Assembly: GCA_934149405.1 (NCBI GenBank)
Contig: CAKPEV010000001.1
Coordinates: 552 to 64,551, forward strand
DNA: 64,000 bases
Direction of reading: 5' to 3'
DNA from: an uncultured Clostridia bacterium
GTDB lineage: Bacteria > Bacillota > Clostridia > TANB77 > UBA1234
Position numbers and translations under genes: made by a program. Position 1 is the stretch's first letter, and each line of letters starts with the position of its first letter. This document shows, in pieces, positions 38,397 through 46,970 of this stretch. The notes beneath the pieces are model-generated. The model worked only from the letters and a program-made list of their open reading frames with translations. It ran no database searches and was not told where the DNA came from.

Positions 38397-38892
38397 CTAA
38401 CCCCCTAGGAATCTCCACATCTATTCGCTTGTTTTCTATATCAATGTTTTTTATAACACTTTCAATAGCAGGAATAAGCAAATCTTTTTTTCCTTTTCTT
38501 TTAATAACATATACATCGCTAGCCCCTGCTGTAAATACATCATCAACAACTCCAATTAAGTCGTTTTGATATACCATGCAGCCAATAAGGTCTGCTATAA
38601 AAAACTCATCTTTTTCTGTCTTTTTAGCATCATCTCTAGGTATCTTTATGTAATTACCTTTTAATTTTAAAGCCTCATCAATATCATCTATGCCTTTAAG
38701 CTTTAAAAGCACAATATCATTTTGATATCTTATTTTTTCAATATCATATTTTTTTAATTCACCTTTAAAATCAACAAGTATAGAACTTAATTCTTCAAAT
38801 CTCTTTTTACTTTCGGTAAAAGGTCTAACTTTAAGTTCTCCCTTTAGTCCGTGTGTATTAGATATTTGACCAATCTCAAAATATTCTACCAT
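38383..38892 (-). CDS. rimM: 16S rRNA processing protein RimM
   Basis: N-terminus GQISNTHGLKGELKVRPFTE. Operon position. Confidence 0.9.
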   Translation of the reverse strand: MVEYFEIGQISNTHGLKGELKVRPFTESKKRFEELSSILVDFKGELKKYDIEKIRYQNDIVLLKLKGIDDIDEALKLKGNYIKIPRDDAKKTEKDEFFIADLIGCMVYQNDLIGVVDDVFTAGASDVYVIKRKGKKDLLIPAIESVIKNIDIENKRIDVEIPRGLDDEI

Positions 38893-38900
38893 AATCTCTC

Positions 38901-39131
38901 CTATTCAATGATTTCAACATTAAGTCTTTTATTTTCTTTAGTTGCATATGCTTTCATTAAAGTTCTAACCGCTCTAATGATTCTACCTTGTCTTCCAATA
39001 ATTTTTCCCATATCAGATGGATCAACCCTTAATTCTAAAGTTGTAAATTTATCTCCTTCGACTTCGTTTACAGAAACTTTATCTGGGAAATCTACTAAAC
39101 TTTTAACAAGTGCTTCTAACATTTCCTTCAT
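38901..39131 (-). CDS. KH-domain RNA-binding protein (YlqC family)
   Basis: 76 aa with GKIIGRQGRIIRAVR KH motif, between rpsP and rimM. Confidence 0.8.
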   Translation of the reverse strand: MKEMLEALVKSLVDFPDKVSVNEVEGDKFTTLELRVDPSDMGKIIGRQGRIIRAVRTLMKAYATKENKRLNVEIIE

Positions 39132-39157
39132 TTAATTTTCCTCCATCTTTTATAAAA

Positions 39158-39394
39158 TTATTTAGAAACTATATCGTATAATCTCTTAACTGTGTCTGAT
39201 GGTCTTGCGCCATTTTTAACCCAAGTATTATACTTTTCAGTATCGATTTTGATTATAGCAGGATCATTCATTGGATCATAAGAACCAATCTCTTCTATAA
39301 ATCTACCATCTCTTGGATATCTTGAATCAGCAACAACTACCTTGTAGTAAGGTGCTTTTTTTGCTCCATCTCTTCTAAGTCTGATTTTTACCAT
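39158..39394 (-). CDS. rpsP: 30S ribosomal protein S16
   Basis: [25 protein letters not shown] is canonical S16. Confidence 0.95.
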   Translation of the reverse strand: MVKIRLRRDGAKKAPYYKVVVADSRYPRDGRFIEEIGSYDPMNDPAIIKIDTEKYNTWVKNGARPSDTVKRLYDIVSK

Positions 39395-39427
39395 TTAATT
39401 CACCTCCCCCAAATGTATCTAAATTAA

Positions 39428-40801
39428 CTAATCATCTAATTTTAAGTCTTCCATCTTAAGATTACTATTTTTTGCAACATTTCTAACTAATCTATTCATT
39501 GCACTCTTGTTACCAAGAACTCTCTTCATCATAAGTCTTGTATCATTATATTGTTTTAAGAACTTATTAACTTCTTGAACCGTTGTACCACTACCATCTG
39601 CAATTCTTCTCCTTCTTTGACCATTTATGATATCTGGATTATTTCTTTCTTTAACAGTCATTGATTGAATTATAGACTCTGCTAGGACAAATTGCTTGTC
39701 ATCTATTTTAGCTTGCTCAATTGCCTTTTCATCAATACCAATCATTCCTAAAATCGATTTCAATGAACCCATTTTTTTGATTTGTTTTAATTGATCTAAG
39801 TAATCTTGCAAAGTAAAATCTTGTTTATGAATCTTCTTTTCAAGTTTTACAGCTTCTTCAAAATCAAAAGCTTCTTCTGCCTTCTCAATAAGTGTAAGAA
39901 CATCTCCCATGCCAAGAATTCTTTGTGCCATTCTGTCTGGGTGGAATACTTCGATGTCATTCATCTTCTCACCTATACCAACAAACTTGATTGGCTTGCC
40001 TGTAACTGTTTTTACTGATAGTGCTGCACCACCACGAGTGTCACCATCTAGTTTTGTAAGAATAACTCCGTTTATTCCAAGTTGCTCATTAAAGCTTTCT
40101 GAAACCGTCACAGCATCTTGACCTGTCATTGAATCAACTACTAATAATATTTCGTTTGGTTTTGCAAACTCTTTCAAGTTTTGTAATTCTTTCATTAGTG
40201 TTTCATCAATATGAAGTCTACCTGCTGTATCTATGATTACTACATCATTCAATTTTGAATTTGCTTCTTTTAGCGCTGCTTTTACTATTTCTGTAACATC
40301 CTTTTCTTCTCTATTTGAGAAAACTGGAATACTAAGTTGTTTTCCAATAACCTCTAATTGATCTATAGCTGCTGGTCTATATATATCGCAAGCAACCATC
40401 ATTGGCTTTTTGCCTTGTTTTCTAAGCAAGTTTGCAAGCTTTCCAGCCATAGTTGTTTTACCAGAACCTTGAAGACCAACAAGCATAATAATTGTTGGTG
40501 GATTTGATGAAAGATTTAATCCTTCTGTTTCTTTTCCACCTAATAGCTCAACTAATTCTTCATGAACTATTTTAATAATTTGTTGACCTGGAGTTAAGCT
40601 TTTTAAAACATCTTGTCCTAATGCTTTTTCTCCAATTTTGTTTGTAAAATCTTTTACTATTTTATAGTTAACATCTGCCTCCAATAAAGCAAGCTTAACT
40701 TCTCTTGTAATTTCTTTGACATCTGCTTCTGTAATTCTCGACTTTCCCTTAAGCTTATTTACAATACCTTTTAGCTTCTCGCTTAAACCTTCAAAAGCCA
40801 T
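39428..40801 (-). CDS. ffh: Signal recognition particle protein Ffh
   Basis: NG domain GLQGSGKTT and Met-rich M domain. Confidence 0.95.
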   Translation of the reverse strand: MAFEGLSEKLKGIVNKLKGKSRITEADVKEITREVKLALLEADVNYKIVKDFTNKIGEKALGQDVLKSLTPGQQIIKIVHEELVELLGGKETEGLNLSSNPPTIIMLVGLQGSGKTTMAGKLANLLRKQGKKPMMVACDIYRPAAIDQLEVIGKQLSIPVFSNREEKDVTEIVKAALKEANSKLNDVVIIDTAGRLHIDETLMKELQNLKEFAKPNEILLVVDSMTGQDAVTVSESFNEQLGINGVILTKLDGDTRGGAALSVKTVTGKPIKFVGIGEKMNDIEVFHPDRMAQRILGMGDVLTLIEKAEEAFDFEEAVKLEKKIHKQDFTLQDYLDQLKQIKKMGSLKSILGMIGIDEKAIEQAKIDDKQFVLAESIIQSMTVKERNNPDIINGQRRRRIADGSGTTVQEVNKFLKQYNDTRLMMKRVLGNKSAMNRLVRNVAKNSNLKMEDLKLDD

Positions 40802-40822
40802 AAAGTTTTCTCCTTTCGTTTC

Positions 40823-41128
40823 TTAAAGTAGTTTACTAAGCTTATCTTTTAAAACATCATCATCCAAACTTTTAATTACTTCTTTTATAATTTCGTCATT
40901 TTCTAACTTTTGCTTTAAAAAACCTAATTTTTCTTCAAAATCAAACAGCTTCTTTTCTGCATAAACTAAATTTTTTCTAACGCCTTGCCTTGTAATATTT
41001 AATTCTTCTGCGATTTCACCAAGAGATAAGTTCTGGTTATAATATAAATCTACAGTATCTGCTTGTGTATTTGTAAGAAGCTTTCCGTAAAGCTCTAATA
41101 ACATGCTAACTTCGATACTTTTCTCCAT
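40823..41128 (-). CDS. ylxM: YlxM/UPF0122 putative DNA-binding protein (sigma-70 region-4-like HTH)
   Basis: 101 aa directly upstream of ffh. Confidence 0.8.
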   Translation of the reverse strand: MEKSIEVSMLLELYGKLLTNTQADTVDLYYNQNLSLGEIAEELNITRQGVRKNLVYAEKKLFDFEEKLGFLKQKLENDEIIKEVIKSLDDDVLKDKLSKLL

Positions 41129-41242
41129 ACTATGCCCCCTTCCTCGTGTAAACCATTGATAGTTTACAACGGTTTTGCCTATTTGTCAAGCATTTTCTTA
41201 AGTTTGGGCAAAAAATAATTTCAACTATATCACATATTGATA

Positions 41243-41288
41243 ACAAAAATTACCTCATAGAGTTAGTTCTCTATAAGGTAATTTGATT
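41243..41288 (-). terminator. Terminator ATTACCTTATAGAG-loop-CTCTATGAGGTAAT plus TTTTTG
   Basis: 13-bp near-perfect inverted repeat and U-tract downstream of the 41353-41907 gene. Confidence 0.55.
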
Positions 41289-41352
41289 ATGTGTTAACTT
41301 TTATTATGTACTTTAATTTGCCAAATTTAGGTTTTTCATAGCTATTATTTTC

Positions 41353-41907
41353 TTAATCTGGCATTTCCATCATGAGTTTTATAAAACCTATGAAAAAAGC
41401 CCAACACAAGCCTATAATCAAAATGAATATAGCAAATCCTACTATTATAAAAGAACCTATATAATCCCATGCCGCTTCAAGACTCGTTCCACCTTTTTTT
41501 CTTGTTTTAGATATTATGGGCTTTTCAGCTACATGGATTGGCCCCATATTTGCTTCAGCCTCTTCTTCACAAGATGATAATTGCTCTTCTGACAGGTTGT
41601 TTGAAGATAACATCATTTTTCTTACTTTTCTTTTAACATCCCACAAATATAATTTATTAGCAGTAAACAAATAAATAAAAAATCTTATTATAGGATATGC
41701 AAACTTTATTCCAAGATCAACTGTAATTCCAAAAAGAACGGTTGAGCCGTACAATAATATAAATCCTAGCAAATATGATTTTCTATAAAAGAACCATATC
41801 GGGCCCAAGAATGCACCTAATATTGCTGCAGGCCAATTTAGTTTTTTATTTACAATTTTATCTGCATTTTTGCCTATGTATTCTAGTACTAATTTTTCTT
41901 CCATTTG
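41353..41907 (-). CDS. DUF2628-like small membrane protein. Likely start MEEKLVLEY.
   Basis: NWPAAILGAFLGPIWFFYRKSY motif and hydrophobic segments. Tentative family call. Confidence 0.45.
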   Translation of the reverse strand, partial: QMEEKLVLEYIGKNADKIVNKKLNWPAAILGAFLGPIWFFYRKSYLLGFILLYGSTVLFGITVDLGIKFAYPIIRFFIYLFTANKLYLWDVKRKVRKMMLSSNNLSEEQLSSCEEEAEANMGPIHVAEKPIISKTRKKGGTSLEAAWDYIGSFIIVGFAIFILIIGLCWAFFIGFIKLMMEMPD

Positions 41908-41981
41908 TTTTCCACCTTTCTTTTGGTTGTGTTCGCTAATTATAATATTTTTCATATTTTAATATTCTGCTATCAATTGAT

Positions 41982-42060
41982 TTTTATGGAGCACACTGTG
42001 CTCCGCTGCATGCCTACCTTTAATATTGAGTTAACTCTATTTGGTTTTTATGGAGCACGC
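41982..42060 (-). promoter_or_regulatory. Two tandem copies of the recurring leader motif TTTTATGGAGCAC(A/G)C. The first lies inside the perfect palindrome GGAGCACA-C-TGTGCTCC.
   Basis: Same 15-mer also at 23117-23131 and 46559-46573. All four copies sit upstream of minus-strand genes in the same orientation. Confidence 0.4.
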
Positions 42061-42067
42061 TTACATT

Positions 42068-43739
42068 TTACATTGTATTTTGTTTTTCGGCAACTTTTTT
42101 CATTCTTTCTATATACATTTTTGCATCTTCTGGCAAATCGAAGTTTGGAACATGTTTTGTCTTATAACTTAACGGATTTGTATTTGCACTTGTTTCGTCT
42201 ATTATGTCTTCTATTTCAAGCACAGCTTGCGCAAACATTTGAATATTTTTTTCATCGTTTTTTTGAACATAGTATGAAAATCCTTCACTTAAAAATGATA
42301 AGTATTCTAGATAATTTCTCATTACATATTTATTTAATAATAATCTTTTTTTCTGATAATATATGGCCTCATCATATTTCTTTTCATTTACTAATTTGTT
42401 AGAAAAAGCCTCATATATGCCACTTATATTCTTGTTGTATTTATATGCCATGTTTGCTATTTCAAGTTGTTCTGATGGCGATGTAACAGTATATAATTCT
42501 TCTTGGAGCGCATCTGTATAAAATGGCAAAATGCTATATGCTGTTTTATAATCTTTAATTTCATAAGCTAATGCTGCAATTGCAACTATAAAGAAACTAC
42601 ATAATAATGCACCTATCACTACATTAAACACCTTTTTCGATAAAAATGTTTTTGTATTAAATTTCGACATGATTATGAATAACAATATGAAATATATATA
42701 TTCAAAGTCTATATCTATCATCGAATGGCCTAATATTAAAATCATTATTAGTCTACTGATGACATTTTGTTTTTTATCAAAGAAAGTTAATACGGCAAAA
42801 ATGCTCAAGCAAATCATTGGGACTATACCAACATCAAGCATTATTTGTAGCAATGAGCAATGCACATATTTTGCATCATATATTCCTGTTTGTATTTCTG
42901 TTTGCTTATAGTACCAACCCATATATCCATACCCAAATGGATTATTCTTTATCATATCTATTGCATCTTTATAATAAAGTAATCTTGTTGTCATTTCTCC
43001 ACTTTGCATCATGTCTTTTGTTATTCTTTTTTCCATGTGAAATAGATTGTTTGCTACTAATAATCCGCAAGACTGAAATCATAATTATTACAAATATTCT
43101 TTTTTTGTTTTGATGAGAAAGAAACAATAAAGATATTTCACATAGTACCATTAAAATGATGATAGCTCTACTATTAGTCATTATTATTCCTGTGATTAGT
43201 ATGCCTGTACAAATATGTGCTCTTATGCCTTTCTTTTCTTGAAACAATTGTACTACCAAGGCTACTACTAAAAATAAACCATATGAGTTGGCATACTCAA
43301 ATAAACCTTGTAACCTATCATTAAAAAAATACAAATCTGATTTAAAAATCATTGAAAGAAAACTTATGATTACAGATACTGTCCCAGACATAGGAATTAC
43401 ATTTAAAATATGTACTACATCATCATCTTTATATTCGTACTGCAAGAATAAAATTGTAAAAAGGATTATACTTGAATTTTTTATAAAACCTATTACAGCC
43501 ATTCCTTTATCTACAGCATAAAAGCTAGTTACAATAAATGCAATTATATATACACTTAAAAGATAGAATTTAGTATCTTTGGGCAATATAATTTTTCTAT
43601 TTTTATTGATTTTGTATATTAAACCAATTAAACAGATTATGCTTAACATGACATTCGAGAATAAGCTTAAAAAACCTCCAAATATCGGCGCCATGAATAT
43701 AATTATTTTTATCAAATCTATTTTTCTACTTTTTTGCAT
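42068..43739 (-). CDS. O-antigen ligase (Wzy_C)-like polytopic membrane protein with a C-terminal TPR-like domain. Two overlapping ORFs imply a frameshift near 43045-43060.
   Basis: Upstream ORF is all TM helices (TNSRAIIIL). The downstream frame opens upstream of its ATG with GLLVANNLFH continuing a helix, then RLLYYKDAIDMIKNNPFGYGYMGWYY (ligase-like). C-terminal helical repeats. Confidence 0.55.
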
Positions 43740-43800
43740 ATTATACCTTTCTATTTTTTCATAAGAGCTGCCTTAAACAAGACAGCTCTTATGTTAGTGT

Positions 43801-46521
43801 TTATTCATCTAATTTAATTTCAATGTATGAATTCATGTTCTCTTTTAAATATATTAAAACACTCTGATGAGGAATCTCCACTCCGCTATCACTTATATAT
43901 CCTAAATAAGCATCACCGACAAAAAGCTCCTCTTCGGTTGCATTTACGAGATTTTTATCACTATCATAATAAACAAATTTTTCATAGGAATCTCCAAGGT
44001 TTATATACTCGCTCGATCCTTTTTTATAATAATAGACATCTCTGAAAAGATTATTAGAAGTTTTGATTTCTTTATATATACTTCTATCATTTTTATCAAT
44101 TACATACACTGTATTTCCCATAAAATACTCTGTTGTTCCATCAACTTTTGCATCAAAATCTATTCTTCCGCCAATAATTTGAAAAGCTTTATCTTCTGGT
44201 ATTATTCTTCTATAGTTTAGCACCCTTGCCGATGGTGTATATAAACATTCAGCATAAGAAATTAATTTGCTTTGCCAATCTTCTCCTAAATCAAGAGTTC
44301 CTTTTTTACTATTATAATTGTATCTTAAAGGAACTATATCCTTTATGCAATACTTAACATCTAAATTTTTAGCTAAAGCTATTGTTAAAAACTTACCATT
44401 ATATGTTGAATTGCTTTCTTGTTCAGAAAAATGCAGACCATTTTTACTAGGCTTTTTATAAGCTGACATATTATCTTCACTATTTCCATAGCAATATACA
44501 AAATCTTTATAATTAGGACCTAAATATACTGCTAAAGAGGCTTGGAAAAAATGTACCGAAGCAAAAGGATTTTTTACTTTAATTTTCACATAGTTGTTAG
44601 GATTCTTTTTATTTAAAATGTAAAAATAATATACTGTACGATCTCCTTGATAGTTACAGGATAACACTCTTTGCGATGGTGTATACATAGAATTTTTAAA
44701 ACTTGAAGAAAGCACGTCCGAATCTATGGCAGTATATATATAATCTTTCCAATTTTCACCTAAATCCACAGTGTAGGTTTCATTATCGTATGTATACAAT
44801 ATGTTTGACATATTATAACATACTCTTGAATTAGGATTAGCCTTTAATGAAATCCACACGTACATTGCATTGAATGTTGAATTTTTGTCTCTGTTATTTG
44901 AATTAGAATAATTTATCGTCTTTTTGTTTGGTGTATATTTTTCAAAATCAGAAAAACCATCAACATCATTTCCGTAACTAAACAAAAACTTAGTGTAATC
45001 CTTGCCCAAATATATTGTGCCACTCATTCTATCAACTTTTATTTCTGCGAAAGGATTTTTGGTTTCTATTTTAACAGAATCATTTATATTATTTTTTTTC
45101 ATTACAAGCACATAATTTCCGCAAAAAACATTTTTAGATTTTACCAAGATTTCTCTTTTGCATTCACCCTCAACATTATACTTCGAAGGTTCAAAATAAA
45201 AAGTTCTTTCAAGCTCTTCTGTATATGTTAAATATCTTTGCGACGGAGTATACTTAGTACCACGCTCTATACTTGCGTTATACTCATCTAAATAAACATA
45301 TTGATTCCAATTCTCCCCTAAGTCAAGTATACCTGTATTTACATCATATTTGATATCTGTTTTACTTGTATTAGTTTCTTCATTTTCCTTTGTTTGAGTT
45401 TCAATCTCAAAGTATGTATAACATGCTTTATTTTGTTTTAGAGCCACAAAAATATATTTCTTACCAAATGTTGTTCCACTATTATCTTTGGCATCTTCTG
45501 AGTAAGTTAATATTTTTTTGCTTGGTGTATAAGATATTTTCACATCATCTAGTGAATCTGAATATCCATATTTAAAATTCTTATAACCGCTTCCTAAATT
45601 TAATGTATTTTTCTCGCTGTCATAAGATACATCATCAAATGGGTTAACTATTTTGATTTTTACATAATTATCTTCATGTTGTGCATCTATTATAAAAAGA
45701 TATTTGCCACTAAAATAATCATTTCCTTCTTCTAATTCATTAAAAGTCAAAACTTGACTAGATGGTTTTCTTATTTTCTTTATTTTAGTGCCATATGAAT
45801 ATTTATATTTTTTCCAGTCCTTACCTAAGTCAACTGTACCTGTCTCTTCATCATATTCAAATGTAGGAAATTTTATTTTTTCTTCATCTAATACTATCTT
45901 TTCTAATACACTTAGCGAATTATGCATCAATTGGCAAACTTCTGCTCTTGTTAATTTGCCTTTTGGATTGAATGTGCCATCTGTGTTTCCTCTCATCAAT
46001 TCATTTTCAACAGCTATTGCTACATACTTTTTTAAATTTTCTGATATATTTTCTTTATCAGAGAATTTATTTAATGTAGAAAGTTTGTAAGAAGAATCTT
46101 GAAGACCAGCTGCCATTACAACAGAAACTGCTACATCTTCTCTCACAGCTTCATCTAATGGTCTGAAAAATAGTGTATCGTTTTCTCCTCTGTATGCTGA
46201 CAAATACTTACTAGCAACTTCGATATAATTATATGCCCAATGTTCTTTTTTAACATCTTGGAACGAAATATTATTTTTCTCCTTTAAATTTAATGTCAAA
46301 ACCAAAATTTTCGCAAACTCTGCTCTTGTTATTGATTTATTGGGCATGAACGTATTATCTGGATATCCAGACAATATTTTTTTAGTTGTCATGTCCATTA
46401 TTACACTATATGCCCAATGACTTTTATTAAGATCTGAATAATCTACTGCAAAAACGTTAGAAGAAAAAATCATGATTAAGCATATTAAAAATAAAAATAA
46501 AATTTTAAAATTCTTTTTCAT
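43801..46521 (-). CDS. SLH-domain S-layer-associated protein with about seven tandem ~100-aa modules carrying the conserved core (V/L)(D/N)LG.(D/N)(W/Y).(K/N)(Y/F).(Y/F)...YTPS...L.Y. Paralogous in its SLH region to 9286-11607.
   Basis: Signal peptide. SLH repeats. Repeated motif visible in the translation. Start placed at MKKNFKI, after an AAGAGGGG RBS. Confidence 0.65.
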   Translation of the reverse strand: MKKNFKILFLFLICLIMIFSSNVFAVDYSDLNKSHWAYSVIMDMTTKKILSGYPDNTFMPNKSITRAEFAKILVLTLNLKEKNNISFQDVKKEHWAYNYIEVASKYLSAYRGENDTLFFRPLDEAVREDVAVSVVMAAGLQDSSYKLSTLNKFSDKENISENLKKYVAIAVENELMRGNTDGTFNPKGKLTRAEVCQLMHNSLSVLEKIVLDEEKIKFPTFEYDEETGTVDLGKDWKKYKYSYGTKIKKIRKPSSQVLTFNELEEGNDYFSGKYLFIIDAQHEDNYVKIKIVNPFDDVSYDSEKNTLNLGSGYKNFKYGYSDSLDDVKISYTPSKKILTYSEDAKDNSGTTFGKKYIFVALKQNKACYTYFEIETQTKENEETNTSKTDIKYDVNTGILDLGENWNQYVYLDEYNASIERGTKYTPSQRYLTYTEELERTFYFEPSKYNVEGECKREILVKSKNVFCGNYVLVMKKNNINDSVKIETKNPFAEIKVDRMSGTIYLGKDYTKFLFSYGNDVDGFSDFEKYTPNKKTINYSNSNNRDKNSTFNAMYVWISLKANPNSRVCYNMSNILYTYDNETYTVDLGENWKDYIYTAIDSDVLSSSFKNSMYTPSQRVLSCNYQGDRTVYYFYILNKKNPNNYVKIKVKNPFASVHFFQASLAVYLGPNYKDFVYCYGNSEDNMSAYKKPSKNGLHFSEQESNSTYNGKFLTIALAKNLDVKYCIKDIVPLRYNYNSKKGTLDLGEDWQSKLISYAECLYTPSARVLNYRRIIPEDKAFQIIGGRIDFDAKVDGTTEYFMGNTVYVIDKNDRSIYKEIKTSNNLFRDVYYYKKGSSEYINLGDSYEKFVYYDSDKNLVNATEEELFVGDAYLGYISDSGVEIPHQSVLIYLKENMNSYIEIKLDE

Positions 46522-46695
46522 ATATTCCCCTCTTTTCAATATAGATTGTGCTCTACAATTTTATGGAGCACACTTTGTTGGCTGATGCTAGTTGTCTTGC
46601 CTATTTTAACGTGCAAAAAGCTAGCATTATGTTTTACATAATACTAGCTATCTCTTATTTTATTTGAAGTTTTTTTATTTATTAAGCAATATATC

Positions 46696-46717
46696 GTGTG
46701 TGTGTGTGTGTGTGTGT
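46696..46717. repeat. (GT)11 dinucleotide microsatellite
   Basis: cgtgtgtgtgtgtgtgtgtgtgttac read directly, about 175 bp upstream of the SLH gene start. Confidence 0.9.
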
Positions 46718-46780
46718 TACAGCCTCAAGGGTTTTAGCGTTCATATCTTTTTTCCTTTCTTAGTCCATCATTATTTTGTA

Positions 46781-46880
46781 TTATATACTAACCAGTTTTA
46801 CTTTGCAACCACATTTCTCTTACTACTTCACCTGTTTCTGTATCAATTATATACTAACCAGTTTTATTTCGCAATCACAT
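46781..46880. repeat. Two copies of a 34-bp direct repeat, TTATATACTAACCAGTTTTAYTTYGCAAYCACAT, 66 bp apart
   Basis: Copies at 46781-46814 and 46847-46880 differ at 3 positions. Confidence 0.8.
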
Positions 46881-46970
46881 TATATTCTGTACTCGCAAAA
46901 GGCCCTCAAGTAATAATTTGAAATCCGCATATAATAAATAATTATAGTTTGCTAGTATTTTTAAGCCAAA

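Noticed and set aside
41905-42402. Plus-strand 165-aa ORF beginning in the palindrome motif region and running antisense into the O-antigen-ligase gene
   Set aside because: No RBS. It is antisense to a confidently assigned minus-strand gene, with Leu/Phe-rich artefactual composition.
46522-46539. Upstream ATG (MKRGEYMKK...) for the SLH protein
   Set aside because: The codons KRGEY are the AAGAGGGG RBS read as protein. MKKNFKI at 46521 has the proper spacing to the RBS.
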